Source: an uncultured Methanosarcinales archaeon (GTDB lineage: Archaea; Nanobdellota; Nanobdellia; Woesearchaeales; GW2011-AR9). From it: a stretch of 64,000 nucleotides of DNA. The notes under the pieces were generated by a model that did not search any database, was not told the DNA's origin, and saw only the letters and a program-made list of their open reading frames with translations. Shown one piece after another: positions 55,219-64,000 of this stretch; position 1 is the stretch's first letter, and the number at the start of each line of letters is the position of its first letter. The stretch covers positions 348,875-412,874 of the forward strand of contig CAYFMJ010000001.1 of assembly GCA_964344235.1 (NCBI GenBank), read 5' to 3'. A program made the translations under genes and the position numbers.

Positions 55219-55731
55219 TGTCGCCCACACTCGCTTAAAATCTTCCAGGACTCTCTGCCCTGAATAATTAAGATAAATATCTGTCGTTTGGATACTTGAA
55301 TGCCCTAAAATTCCCTGTAATGCACGGAGATTCCCTCCTCGATGTAAATACGTGACTGCGAATGTATGCCGTAGCACATGAGGCGTTACTTTCTTCCTAA
55401 TTCCTGCCCTTTCAGCAACTCGTTTCACGATTTGCTGTGCCCAACGAGATGTCATTTTTATTCTATCCCTACGGTGGAAATATGATTGAAGATACTTCCT
55501 TGCACAATTACTCATTGGGATCACGCGTCGTTTGTTTCCTTTTCCCCATGTGGTAATACAATCTCTCTGCCAACTAATTTGGTCAACAGAAAGAGTAGTT
55601 AATTCACTCACTCTCATCCCTGTTTCCAGAAGGACATTGATAACTAACTGTTCGCAAAAGGTTTTACATGCCCTTCGCAAAAGCACTATTTCATTTTCTT
55701 CCAATGGTTCTCGTTTGTATGTAAAAGCCAT
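55204..55731 (-). CDS. Minimal tyrosine recombinase (175 aa, catalytic domain only)
   Basis: TGMRVSE, GKGNK, HVLRH, LGH, TTDIY. Confidence 0.9.
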   Translation of the reverse strand: MAFTYKREPLEENEIVLLRRACKTFCEQLVINVLLETGMRVSELTTLSVDQISWQRDCITTWGKGNKRRVIPMSNCARKYLQSYFHRRDRIKMTSRWAQQIVKRVAERAGIRKKVTPHVLRHTFAVTYLHRGGNLRALQGILGHSSIQTTDIYLNYSGQRVLEDFKRVWATSESV

Positions 55732-55797
55732 AATATCTCACCTATATATTATGGGTTGTTCATTGGTTCTAGAAATGTATGACAATTGTCATACAAT

Positions 55798-56004
55798 TTA
55801 TTTCTTCAACGCTTCAATGACACGGGAAACACGAAAAAGAGTGTACTCTAAATCAGTAATATGGGTTTCTCTCTCAAGTTCCTTGTCAAGGAGGTGACGC
55901 ATAAAATCAGAAATTTTTGTGTATCCCCTCTTGTTCATAAGATGAACTACTTTTTCTCGCTCTTTTACACCAAGGCGGAATTGCATCACTTCAATTTTTG
56001 CCAT
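55798..56004 (-). CDS. Ribbon-helix-helix (CopG-like) protein
   Basis: QFRLG strand followed by helices, ISDFMR; GGAGG SD. Confidence 0.6.
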   Translation of the reverse strand: MAKIEVMQFRLGVKEREKVVHLMNKRGYTKISDFMRHLLDKELERETHITDLEYTLFRVSRVIEALKK

Positions 56005-56689
56005 AGTGCTCCTCCACAAGACGTGATACCTGTTTCACCGATTCAAGGGTCACATCCCCAACCCGACACAATTCTATCAGACGTATCCCAACGTTATGCT
56101 GTTGACTAAGATAATAGAAAACGCCACAAAACACTGTTTTCATTCCTTTTTTGTGGAAATGTTGAGAATTGAAGATTGTAATGGCTTCTTTGATTAATTC
56201 CTGTGGAAAGTGTAATTGCTGACCATACTGAATGAGCATTGCCTCATTACTTTGTGGGATGACAACAGGAAGGGAAAAGTGTTTTTTGATCGTTTTTGCA
56301 TATTTCGTGTTAAGATCATATTCTTTCTTGTGAAGTAACCCTGCTAGATATACGCATGATTCAAGCACTGCATCTCTGTTTCTTCCCTTTGAGATTTTAT
56401 TTTGTACACATTGCTTCCATAAATTGAGAGCATCTTGCTCAACGAATGAGGGAAGTTGCATCAGTTGGATGTCATCCTTCCCATCAAGATATTCTCGTTC
56501 TTGTGGTGAATAGATGTACCCTGTCGGAATTCTTTTTGGTGCAACGGGTTCACCCCCAGCAAGGTGATGATCTGCGAATGTCTCTTGTGTGAAAGAAGAG
56601 TGATCGTACATAATATCAAGAACAAGACCACACTGTCTGCATGTGATTTCTCCCCGTTCTCTTCTTGTTTGTGTGTGTTTGCATGGCAT
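55991..56689 (-). CDS. TFB/TFIIB-like protein (Zn ribbon plus degenerate cyclin repeats)
   Basis: CKH...GEITCRQCGLVL, KGR..DAVLESCVY; 232 aa. Confidence 0.7.
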   Translation of the reverse strand: MPCKHTQTRRERGEITCRQCGLVLDIMYDHSSFTQETFADHHLAGGEPVAPKRIPTGYIYSPQEREYLDGKDDIQLMQLPSFVEQDALNLWKQCVQNKISKGRNRDAVLESCVYLAGLLHKKEYDLNTKYAKTIKKHFSLPVVIPQSNEAMLIQYGQQLHFPQELIKEAITIFNSQHFHKKGMKTVFCGVFYYLSQQHNVGIRLIELCRVGDVTLESVKQVSRLVEEHYGKN

Positions 56690-56790
56690 GGCTCACGCTA
56701 CCTCCTGTTATTGTTTATTATTATCAATCCTTATACTCCTTTCAAAGTTAAACTACTATATAAAGTACTGTCGTACAATTCTGTACCCGC

Positions 56791-56814
56791 TTCGGGTACA
56801 AATTTGTACCCGAA
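56791..56814. promoter_or_regulatory. Perfect 24-bp palindrome (operator or recombinase/replication site)
   Basis: TTCGGGTACAAATTTGTACCCGAA, preceded by partial copy GTACAATTCTGTACCCG (56773-56789). Confidence 0.6.
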
Positions 56815-56819
56815 AAGAT

Positions 56820-57125
56820 TTACTTTTTACAGAAATAGAGTAAAGAAGGAATGATTTTCTCTTCCATGATAAGTTGTTGTAATCTTTCAAGAAGCATTTC
56901 TTTATTAAGGCTCACTTCAATAACATACGAAGAGCTATTGTTAAGGTTTGGGAATAAGTCTCTAAAATTCTTTGTCAGTTCAATCCTTTTTCTATCGCTG
57001 GCGCAGGAAATAGCTCCCTCAAACTGTGTCACTTGCTGCAACGACAATAATTGCTTCTTGGATTGCGTAGTAACCACCCCCATGTCTACCACCCGTTTAC
57101 TGATTAAGAATTTTCTGTGTTTCAA
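56820..57125 (-). CDS. Hypothetical protein
   Basis: 101-aa ORF overlapping the upstream gene. Confidence 0.5.
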   Translation of the reverse strand: MKHRKFLISKRVVDMGVVTTQSKKQLLSLQQVTQFEGAISCASDRKRIELTKNFRDLFPNLNNSSSYVIEVSLNKEMLLERLQQLIMEEKIIPSLLYFCKK

Positions 57126-57729
57126 GGATTACGCGCACTTTCTTTTTCCAATCTTTCTTCTTCGGTAAGTATTCTAACAACTCTTTCTGTCTTCCCTCTG
57201 CGAGCCACGACGTCACGGCAACAGTGAATGCAGAGAAATTATCTTGCGAGATACCTTTCTCTTTCAGCTTTGAAAAAAGTGTTGCTAAATCTCCATCTAC
57301 AGTTATATTAAGGTAATGTTTGTCAAGATATTTTCTTACTTTTAGATATGATTCTTTTGCTTTTGAAACATTCTGATAATATCTCTCATTTTTTATTATG
57401 TTAACTCCCATACCACCAGATGCCCCTGTTTTTTCCTGAAGGTATAACCAGAAGTTTATAATCTCCATCTGAGTGAATGGGCTTTTTGATAATAACTCAC
57501 GAAGTTCATTCTCCCATTTCACAACTTCAGGATCCTCCTTTGACCACATATTGATTGTTACTTCTCCACCTACTTTCAGTCCTAGACTATCAAGAACTTT
57601 CTTCTCAATAATAATACCATGTGAATTCCCTATTTTGATGATTGAGGCATTAAATTCAGCTTCCCGATCGTCTTCTTTTGCTACTACTTTATCCTTGTAC
57701 AGTTGTTGAAAATAATCTAGTTGTTCCAC
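57097..57729 (-). CDS. AbrB/SpoVT-domain regulator with C-terminal extension
   Basis: IIKIGNSHGIIIEKKVLDSLGLKVGGEV. Confidence 0.7.
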   Translation of the reverse strand: MEQLDYFQQLYKDKVVAKEDDREAEFNASIIKIGNSHGIIIEKKVLDSLGLKVGGEVTINMWSKEDPEVVKWENELRELLSKSPFTQMEIINFWLYLQEKTGASGGMGVNIIKNERYYQNVSKAKESYLKVRKYLDKHYLNITVDGDLATLFSKLKEKGISQDNFSAFTVAVTSWLAEGRQKELLEYLPKKKDWKKKVRVILETQKILNQ

Positions 57730-57747
57730 GTTATAACTTGTTATAAC
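57730..57747. promoter_or_regulatory. Tandem GTTATAAC palindromes at AbrB-like gene start (possible autoregulatory operator)
   Basis: GTTATAAC-TT-GTTATAAC. Confidence 0.4.
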
Positions 57748-57968
57748 TTTCTCCTATTTAAACTTTTTGGCGGTATTTTGAAATTGGTTTGATTCCACTT
57801 TGATTAGCACGATCTGTAAACTTTCCGTTAAGAGCATGAATCTGCAATTTTTTATCTTGCTCTTCTGTCAGCATGAATTTGTATCGTTTCTTCATAAATA
57901 CCTCAATGTTGAGATAAAAATACATCAACATCCATTCTTTCGCAGTAGCAAGACGTTATTATAAAACT

Positions 57969-58991
57969 ATGGCGATCAAAATTAGCAAGAACGGGAAGAT
58001 ATTTAAACATAAGTGCCATCCATTGCATAAATTGAGGAATAGATTGGACAAAAAAGATATTTCACTTCTCTGGGAGCTTTCACAAGATGCCACACTCCCC
58101 CTCGTTAAAATTGCCAAAAAAGTCAGTTTACCGAAAGAAACAGCGAAGTATCGTTTTGAGCAACTCCAGAAAAAAGGAATTCTCAAGAAATTTTATGCTA
58201 TTGTCAACTCCTCAGCATTAGGCTTACGATTCTATGAGACGTTCATTAAATTACATGGTATTCCGCCAGAAAAGCTGCAAAAGTCTATTGAAAAACTGAA
58301 AGCATACAAATTTACCGGGTGGTTGTTAAGTACATCCGGCCCATTTACCTTATGTTGCACGTTCCTTGTACGAACACCAGAACAATTCTATGAAGCGTGT
58401 TTCTACGTGCGTTCCATGTTTGGCAAATATTTAAAGAAAATATGTACAAACCATGCAGTGGAATCAAAACAATTCTCGTACCCGTTTTTTAAGGAATTTG
58501 AAAAGTTTTCCCTTAAGACATCAAAACATTACACAACGCCCGTCTTGCTTGATCCTATTGATACGAAGTTGTTAGAAGTCTTAACAGAGAATTGTCGCAC
58601 ACCAAAGAAGTTTATCGCGCAACGCGTTGGTGTCACGGAAAGAACAGTACGTTTGCGAAGCAAATCTTTAGAGAAGAGAGGAATAATTAAACGCTATACT
58701 GTTTTACTACACCCTGGCCGAGCAGGATATTACTTCTATATATTACTTATTCACGCATCTCTTCCTAATGATGAACTTGAATCGTATCTTGTAAATCTAC
58801 CAGAGATTTTCTATATTAAGAAAAGAAGTGTTGGCTTTTATGATTACAAAGTTGAGCTGTATGTTAGCGCTGAAAGCAGAATCCATGCAATTGAAGAAGA
58901 ACTATACCGGAAATTTAGTGAAATTGTACAGGATATTGATATCGTGCACGTGAAGAAAGAGCACATCATAAGGTATTTTGTCGATGCGTAG
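57969..58991 (+). CDS. Tandem Lrp/AsnC-family regulator
   Basis: Two AsnC HTH units: LDKKDISLLWELSQDA... and LDPIDTKLLEVLTENCR... Confidence 0.8.
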   Translation: MAIKISKNGKIFKHKCHPLHKLRNRLDKKDISLLWELSQDATLPLVKIAKKVSLPKETAKYRFEQLQKKGILKKFYAIVNSSALGLRFYETFIKLHGIPPEKLQKSIEKLKAYKFTGWLLSTSGPFTLCCTFLVRTPEQFYEACFYVRSMFGKYLKKICTNHAVESKQFSYPFFKEFEKFSLKTSKHYTTPVLLDPIDTKLLEVLTENCRTPKKFIAQRVGVTERTVRLRSKSLEKRGIIKRYTVLLHPGRAGYYFYILLIHASLPNDELESYLVNLPEIFYIKKRSVGFYDYKVELYVSAESRIHAIEEELYRKFSEIVQDIDIVHVKKEHIIRYFVDA

Positions 58992-59026
58992 AAACTTTTA
59001 TTACACTTATTCTCTTTCTTCCTGAG

Positions 59027-59221
59027 ATGAGTCAAGATTCAGTCTATCAATTTCTTAAGAAGAACCGTGGTAAATGGTTTACTTCAAAAGAGATTCAAGA
59101 AGCTCTCAAAACAAGTTCCTCGTCAGTTTCTACAAATTTACTTCGATTACGAAAGCATGGTGCGATATTCTTCAAACACAATCCTGAGAGAAGTAGTATG
59201 TACTTGTATATGGTCAAGTAA
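59027..59221 (+). CDS. Small winged-HTH protein
   Basis: FTSKEIQEAL...SVSTNLLRLRKHG. Confidence 0.7.
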   Translation: MSQDSVYQFLKKNRGKWFTSKEIQEALKTSSSSVSTNLLRLRKHGAIFFKHNPERSSMYLYMVK

Positions 59222-59271
59222 TGAAAAGTGTTTTTAGTTAGCTTTATAAGTTTCAGGCAATTTATTTCCAG

Positions 59272-59682
59272 ATGGAAAAGAGGTTGAGATATCCCAGCGC
59301 TGATAGAATAATCGAGTATAATGTCCTCGCTCTTACAATCATAAAAGTAAAGAAAGCTGATAGGGCAGAGGTTCTTAGCGGACCGAGGATTGATCGCATT
59401 ATCAAAGAATGTAAAGACCTCGATGGAGACGTATATGACAAAGCCGTCAGTTTGTTTAAAGGAATTATTCAATTACACCCCTTTGCAAGCGGGAATAGAA
59501 GAACAGCTTTTATAGTAACTAAAGAGTTCTTGGAAGAAAATGGGGGAAAGTTTAATATAAAGGATGACCCTAAACAAGCTAGAGTAATGCTTGGGGTACG
59601 TGAAAAGTATTACTCAGATGATGAGATCAAGGAGTGGATCAAACATGGAAAAATCAAAGCGTTCAAAAGGTTTGAAAGATAA
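59272..59682 (+). CDS. Fic/Doc-family protein (variant motif)
   Basis: KAVSLF..IIQLHPFASGNRRTA. Confidence 0.8.
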   Translation: MEKRLRYPSADRIIEYNVLALTIIKVKKADRAEVLSGPRIDRIIKECKDLDGDVYDKAVSLFKGIIQLHPFASGNRRTAFIVTKEFLEENGGKFNIKDDPKQARVMLGVREKYYSDDEIKEWIKHGKIKAFKRFER

Positions 59683-59776
59683 GCAAAGGCATAAAATCGT
59701 TGTGGAAGAAATCAATAGATTTAATGCTCTTGTGAAGGGTCATAAGAAAATCTTAGAAGCTATTGGTGGTTTGTAA
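59645..59776 (+). CDS. Small protein overlapping Fic gene (possible antitoxin)
   Basis: 43 aa; overlaps the Fic C-terminus. Confidence 0.45.
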   Translation: MEKSKRSKGLKDKQRHKIVVEEINRFNALVKGHKKILEAIGGL

Positions 59777-59879
59777 GCTATTTCTTAATTCCTCCGCAAA
59801 ATAATTTGTTCTGAGAATTGCCCCTATGTTCACTTAGGGTATATTCACTAAAAACGTAAAAAATCGTGTCTAGAACGTA

Positions 59880-59911
59880 CGCGGGATTTTCAGCTCAGCT
59901 TCTCTTTCGGA
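59880..59911. repeat. Degenerate direct repeat, copy 1 (CGCGGG-ATTTT...TCTCTTTCGGA)
   Basis: Matches 62174-62204. Confidence 0.4.
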
Positions 59912-59926
59912 GGTTAGTTCTTTTAG

Positions 59927-60532
59927 TTATACAATACTAGCAGGGTTTTTCAATAAGTATCCTACGAGGCCTTTAAGCAGATATATTTGTGTGTTCATAT
60001 ATTCTGCCGAGTTCTCCCCACTATAATCAGTCAGAACCAATTTTAGTTGAAAATTATCTTTAGCTTTAATAGTAGGGAATCTACCCTCGCTCTCAAGTAA
60101 AGTTGGTGGTCCTCTTTGGAACCCAACTGATCTTCGATGTGATGGAGTATCAGTTTTCCTGGATGGCTTATATGTTGCCTGTAAAGTTTCATAATAGCTT
60201 ACAGATTGGTGGGGAATCTCAGAACGGATAAAGTCTCCAATATGTTCTGGGAGAGGTCTATGTATTTCTAATATTGGATCTAGTTTCTCTGTAATGATTT
60301 CTATGAATTCATAGAGGGAGGGTAAAGACTCTAAAGAGAAAAATAGATCCTGCAAGTGTAATCTGTAAACTTCTCTTCTATTTACATATAATCCACTTAT
60401 CCTCTCGTACATACCATCAATTTCTTCTCCAAGCCCCATTGCTTTAAATGGGACTCGGGCAAAATTACAACCTAGGTTATTTAGCCCAATTTCTCTCCCC
60501 GTTAGTTCGATTCTTAAGACATCATTTGTCAT
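59927..60532 (-). CDS. Hypothetical protein
   Basis: 201-aa ORF. Confidence 0.55.
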   Translation of the reverse strand: MTNDVLRIELTGREIGLNNLGCNFARVPFKAMGLGEEIDGMYERISGLYVNRREVYRLHLQDLFFSLESLPSLYEFIEIITEKLDPILEIHRPLPEHIGDFIRSEIPHQSVSYYETLQATYKPSRKTDTPSHRRSVGFQRGPPTLLESEGRFPTIKAKDNFQLKLVLTDYSGENSAEYMNTQIYLLKGLVGYLLKNPASIV

Positions 60533-60634
60533 TTGTAATCACAAAAGGCAATTTAGTAAAATCTTGATTAATATTTGGTACAGAAAAAATTAAACCAAAA
60601 GTTTAAATACGTTTAACATAACACTATTAGTTAA

Positions 60635-61513
60635 ATGGCAATGGAAATACTTACCCCGGAATTAGGTAAGGCAAAGAAATCAACGAAAGATCTAGTTGTG
60701 AGTGTGTTAATGTACAATTATCCAGTTACTCTAGCAAAAATCACTAATGAAATCAAGAGAAAATTTCAAGCTTCGGTGACTTTTCAAGGAGTGAGAAAAG
60801 CAGCAAATCAACTAGTGGAAAATGATGTTGTTGTGAAAAAAGGGAAAGAATACTCTCTAAGCAAAGAATGGATTTTGAAGTTACGCCAGTTTACAGAAAA
60901 ATTACACGAATCCTATTTTACAGAAAGCAAGAGAGTAAGAAATATTGAAGCAATTGGAGAGGATATTAAGGTTTATACATTTGATAATCTTGTTGATGTT
61001 GATATTTTCTGGAACAGTTTAATTGGAAAATGGTTTGATGAAGATAAGAATAGTAAAGAAGAGAAATATTATGTACAGCAATCTGGTCATACTTGGTATG
61101 TCCTTGCAAATCTTGAAGAAGAAACTCAAACTCTGGAGAAGATACAGAAAAATAAGATTAGGTTCTATACTTTAGCAATTGGGAAATTGGTCTTAGACAA
61201 ATGGAGTAAAAAATATTATGAAGATCATGGATTTTATTATACAACTTTGAAGAAGAAGAAGAATGATACTTCTAAGTATTTTGCAGTTTATGGCGATAAT
61301 GTGATTCAATGTACCTATCCAGTAGAATTAACCAAAGAGATGGACCAGATTTATCATCAGGCAAAAGATTTTGAAAGTTTTGATGTTACGAGGTTGATTA
61401 AGTTGTTGAGAAGAAAAGTGGAGCTGAAAATGACTGTTATGAAAAATCCTGTTGTTGCAGAACAATTGAGGAATTATGTACTGTCCCACTTTAAGAAGAA
61501 TGGCCGTTTTTAG
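60635..61513 (+). CDS. wHTH-containing hypothetical regulator
   Basis: VTFQGVRKAANQLVENDVV...YSLSKEW. Confidence 0.65.
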   Translation: MAMEILTPELGKAKKSTKDLVVSVLMYNYPVTLAKITNEIKRKFQASVTFQGVRKAANQLVENDVVVKKGKEYSLSKEWILKLRQFTEKLHESYFTESKRVRNIEAIGEDIKVYTFDNLVDVDIFWNSLIGKWFDEDKNSKEEKYYVQQSGHTWYVLANLEEETQTLEKIQKNKIRFYTLAIGKLVLDKWSKKYYEDHGFYYTTLKKKKNDTSKYFAVYGDNVIQCTYPVELTKEMDQIYHQAKDFESFDVTRLIKLLRRKVELKMTVMKNPVVAEQLRNYVLSHFKKNGRF

Positions 61514-61692
61514 TGTTAGAACATTTTAGTCCACATCGGGGCGGTTCTTAACAATCTGGATAAAAAACATACAGAGAATAAACACACAATTGTCCTCCTA
61601 TAACATTTTTCCGAGGATTTTTCCACTAAAGTGTCACCTCATAGTAGTTATTCGCCGAAAGATTTATAAAGAAGTAAACAAACTATGTAAAA

Positions 61693-62019
61693 ATGGAAAT
61701 GACAAAATATATTGTGAGAGGTGGCGTAGCATTAGCTGTTGCAAGTGTTATTGCGTTAGAAGGGTTTGTTTTAGACAGATCGGCAGCTTATATAGATGGG
61801 TGTGTCACTAATGAAGTGCGAGTCTCACCATCAGAGTTATGTTATGCTGTCCAAGAATGTTCTGGGGGAGAGGAAAGAGTGTGTATTACTGGCCCAGAAG
61901 GCAAGTTGAATTATTTACAATTTGGTGTTGGGAATAACAGTAGACTGCGAGTACGCACAGGATGGTTTGATAATACTGCTACGGTTGATGACGTTGTAAT
62001 ACCTGATCTAGATCGCTAA
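61693..62019 (+). CDS. Hypothetical secreted/membrane-anchored protein
   Basis: Hydrophobic N-terminus, Cys-containing. Confidence 0.55.
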   Translation: MEMTKYIVRGGVALAVASVIALEGFVLDRSAAYIDGCVTNEVRVSPSELCYAVQECSGGEERVCITGPEGKLNYLQFGVGNNSRLRVRTGWFDNTATVDDVVIPDLDR

Positions 62020-62173
62020 TTCCCAAAGTATTATTTCGTTGTTTGACATTTACAACTTTCCAAACACCAGAATCAGCTCTTACGGTATAAAATGCACGTG
62101 TTTTTTTAAACATTCCCCTCATTTTCGTGGTGGCGTTTATTCATGTGCCTGTGAATAACCCTGTATAAACAAG

Positions 62174-62204
62174 CGCGGGTTTTTATGAGAATGTCTCTTT
62201 CGGA
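62174..62204. repeat. Degenerate direct repeat, copy 2 (CGCGGG-TTTTT...TCTCTTTCGGA)
   Basis: Coincides with the truncation point of the capsule gene. Confidence 0.4.
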
Positions 62205-63238
62205 TATTTTTTAATCTCTTTATGAAAACCTGAAGGCCTCTTAGAATAATTCCTACGATGTTCTTTAACATATAATTTGTAATCACAAGGAAGGCTCTTC
62301 GCAATTTTTTCTATAAGGTCAAGTTGGTTAACGAACCACTTCGCCCGCACAGACGTCGATGCCTCTGGCTGTGTTTGCAAAGGAAAGAAGACGTATTTAT
62401 CATTATTCCTAGGAAATTCAAAGCGGGATGAGTTTCTCAAAAGTTTATCTTTTAAGGGGTACCACACCCATTGCCGTAGATCAGGTAGTTGTCTCCGATA
62501 AGACAAAACCTTTGCATAATACTTTAGTTGATTTACCCTTTGCTTCATGGTCCATGTTTTCTTAGCAGAATCATCTGGCCTGAATGGTTTATCACGAAAC
62601 TTATTAACTAACCCTAAAGCCTCATCACGTTCTTTAGGTTTCAAACCCCTTCGCTTAATCTCATTATATCTCTTCAATACTAAAGGCCATTCAGAGCGTA
62701 ATTGGTTATCGAATGTGAATTTACCCGGCAGCCTAGCATTTGTCAATTCAAGAACAGGAATATTTTTTTGTAATAGAATTTTGTAAGCAATCACATACAT
62801 ATAGCCTGCAATTCCCGTAATAACTGCATAATCTGGCGTAACAGTTGCGATATGTTTCTCCAGTTTTTTTATTGTATATTCCATGCGTCCTAAAATTTCC
62901 TTTGCAGACATCTTTAGACGTTTCTTTTTTCGAGGAGCAGCTATTTGCCATAGGTCAAATAACTTAATTCCATATAGGTCCTCTCTCTGACGCAAGAAGG
63001 CAGTATCAATTTTTGGGGCAACGGGCTGTTCGTCAGGGAGAATAGCACTATATTGACTTCGAGGGACACTCTTTGACTGGTAGTAATCATCACCACCTTT
63101 AGCAAACGAAATAAAGGAAGGAACAACATCAAGAGTCTTTTTGAGTTCATCCGCTAATGTAAACATTAACTCATCTCTTCCAGAAGGACCTCCAATAAAC
63201 AATACGTTTTTTTTGTGAAGCTTTTTTACCCTTACCAT
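62183..63238 (-). pseudogene. Capsule polysaccharide biosynthesis (KpsS/Capsule_synth-like) protein, C-terminally truncated
   Basis: FPLQTQPEAS...Q...IEKIAKSLP...LYVKEH, then stop a few residues after KYP; the expected downstream T-G-EA/GKP motifs are absent. Confidence 0.6.
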
Positions 63239-63381
63239 TCACCAGGAAGAGCCAGCTCACCATTTATAAATATTCGGAAACAAGGGGTGTCTTATTTAGC
63301 AATAATCAAACAAATCAATTTGAGTAATGTTGCAGGAGGATTATTTAGTTTATAGCAAGCCATCTATCCTTTTCTCTTTGT

Positions 63382-63666
63382 TCAAATCTTTTGTTTTTCT
63401 TCCCTCAGGACCAATTGAATCTGAGCAATATACCCTGGTAGTTTATTGCGAATCTTATTCAAATTCGCTTCAAGCAAGGTAAGTTTCTTGATAGCATCAT
63501 CTCGTATCGCTCGCTCACGATCTGGGTCAACAACCATTGTCATTGATCTTTCAGTCTTTTCATTGAGTTCCCTTCTATGCCTTAAAATTTCAGCAATTTC
63601 GTTAAACCACTCACCTAAAGTCCTCATCTCTTTTTCTATATTCACTAGATTCTTAGATTGATCCAT
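63382..63666 (-). CDS. Coiled-coil hypothetical protein
   Basis: 94 aa; GAGGTGA SD. Confidence 0.6.
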   Translation of the reverse strand: MDQSKNLVNIEKEMRTLGEWFNEIAEILRHRRELNEKTERSMTMVVDPDRERAIRDDAIKKLTLLEANLNKIRNKLPGYIAQIQLVLREEKQKI

Positions 63667-64000
63667 ATTTTCACCTCATTACATCACGCTCTTCTCATGC
63701 TAATTGTTCCAATTTATCCCCATATTTTTGCACTCTTCGTTTCAGACTTTGAAGTTCATCACCACAATCAGTTACCATAACTTACAACAGACTAATAAAT
63801 ACTTAAACCTTTTGCTTGTTCTGTGTATAATCGTCCAGAAACGGTTTGACCTAAGAATCGTGTGTATGTTCTAACTATGATTGTTTATACTTTTGGTAAA
63901 CAAAGGTGATCTGAAAATCGTCTCCCTTCAACATTGTTTACAGATTCGGAGGATTTTCTAATTCTTGAGCTTTCGGACTAATCTTGCTGTAGGGGCCGCT

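Larger units (their letters stand above)
52920..62204. mobile_element. Putative integrated element/genomic island (boundaries approximate)
   Basis: Two tyrosine recombinases, TA pairs, RHH/AbrB/Lrp/wHTH regulators and a TFB-like gene; no housekeeping genes; visibly weaker G/T strand bias. Confidence 0.6.

Noticed and set aside
61581-61600. AATTGTCCTCCT resembling the cassette 1 inner block
   Set aside because: A single imperfect short match with no partner arm, terminus or hairpin module; likely chance.
1-64000. Alternative genetic code or stop-codon recoding
   Set aside because: Conserved genes translate full length under the standard code; the one internal stop noticed is better explained by a frameshift.

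Overview
This is archaeal chromosomal DNA, most consistent with a DPANN/Woesearchaeota-type genome. The evidence is archaeal rps2, L7Ae-S28e-L24e-ndk, EF-2, RadB, MBF1, an S-layer protein and BHB-intron tRNAs; the taxon is inferred, not searched. From left to right: a lipid-linked glycosylation cluster (1-8.9 kb), housekeeping genes, the S-layer gene, and a three-gene hypothetical cluster ending in a TIM-barrel metalloenzyme. An accessory array follows at 28.47-32.76 kb. After it come more housekeeping and translation genes, then an integrated element (~52.9-62.2 kb) with two minimal tyrosine recombinases, MNT-HEPN, Fic/Doc and a TFB-like gene. The top finding is the 28470-32755 array of three tandem gene cassettes. 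Each cassette is bounded by its own block-wise inverted repeats, starting GTTATGNNN and ending NNNCATA(A)C, and cassettes are joined by GAT. Each left arm carries a conserved pair of hairpins with covarying stems. The geometry is not that of a canonical integron attC, a CRISPR array or an IS. Also notable: three tRNAs with BHB-type introns (tRNA-Arg has two non-canonical ones), two candidate structured ncRNAs, and several unusual fusions or degenerate enzymes. All calls were made by eye from sequence and motifs; no database searches or folding programs were run.
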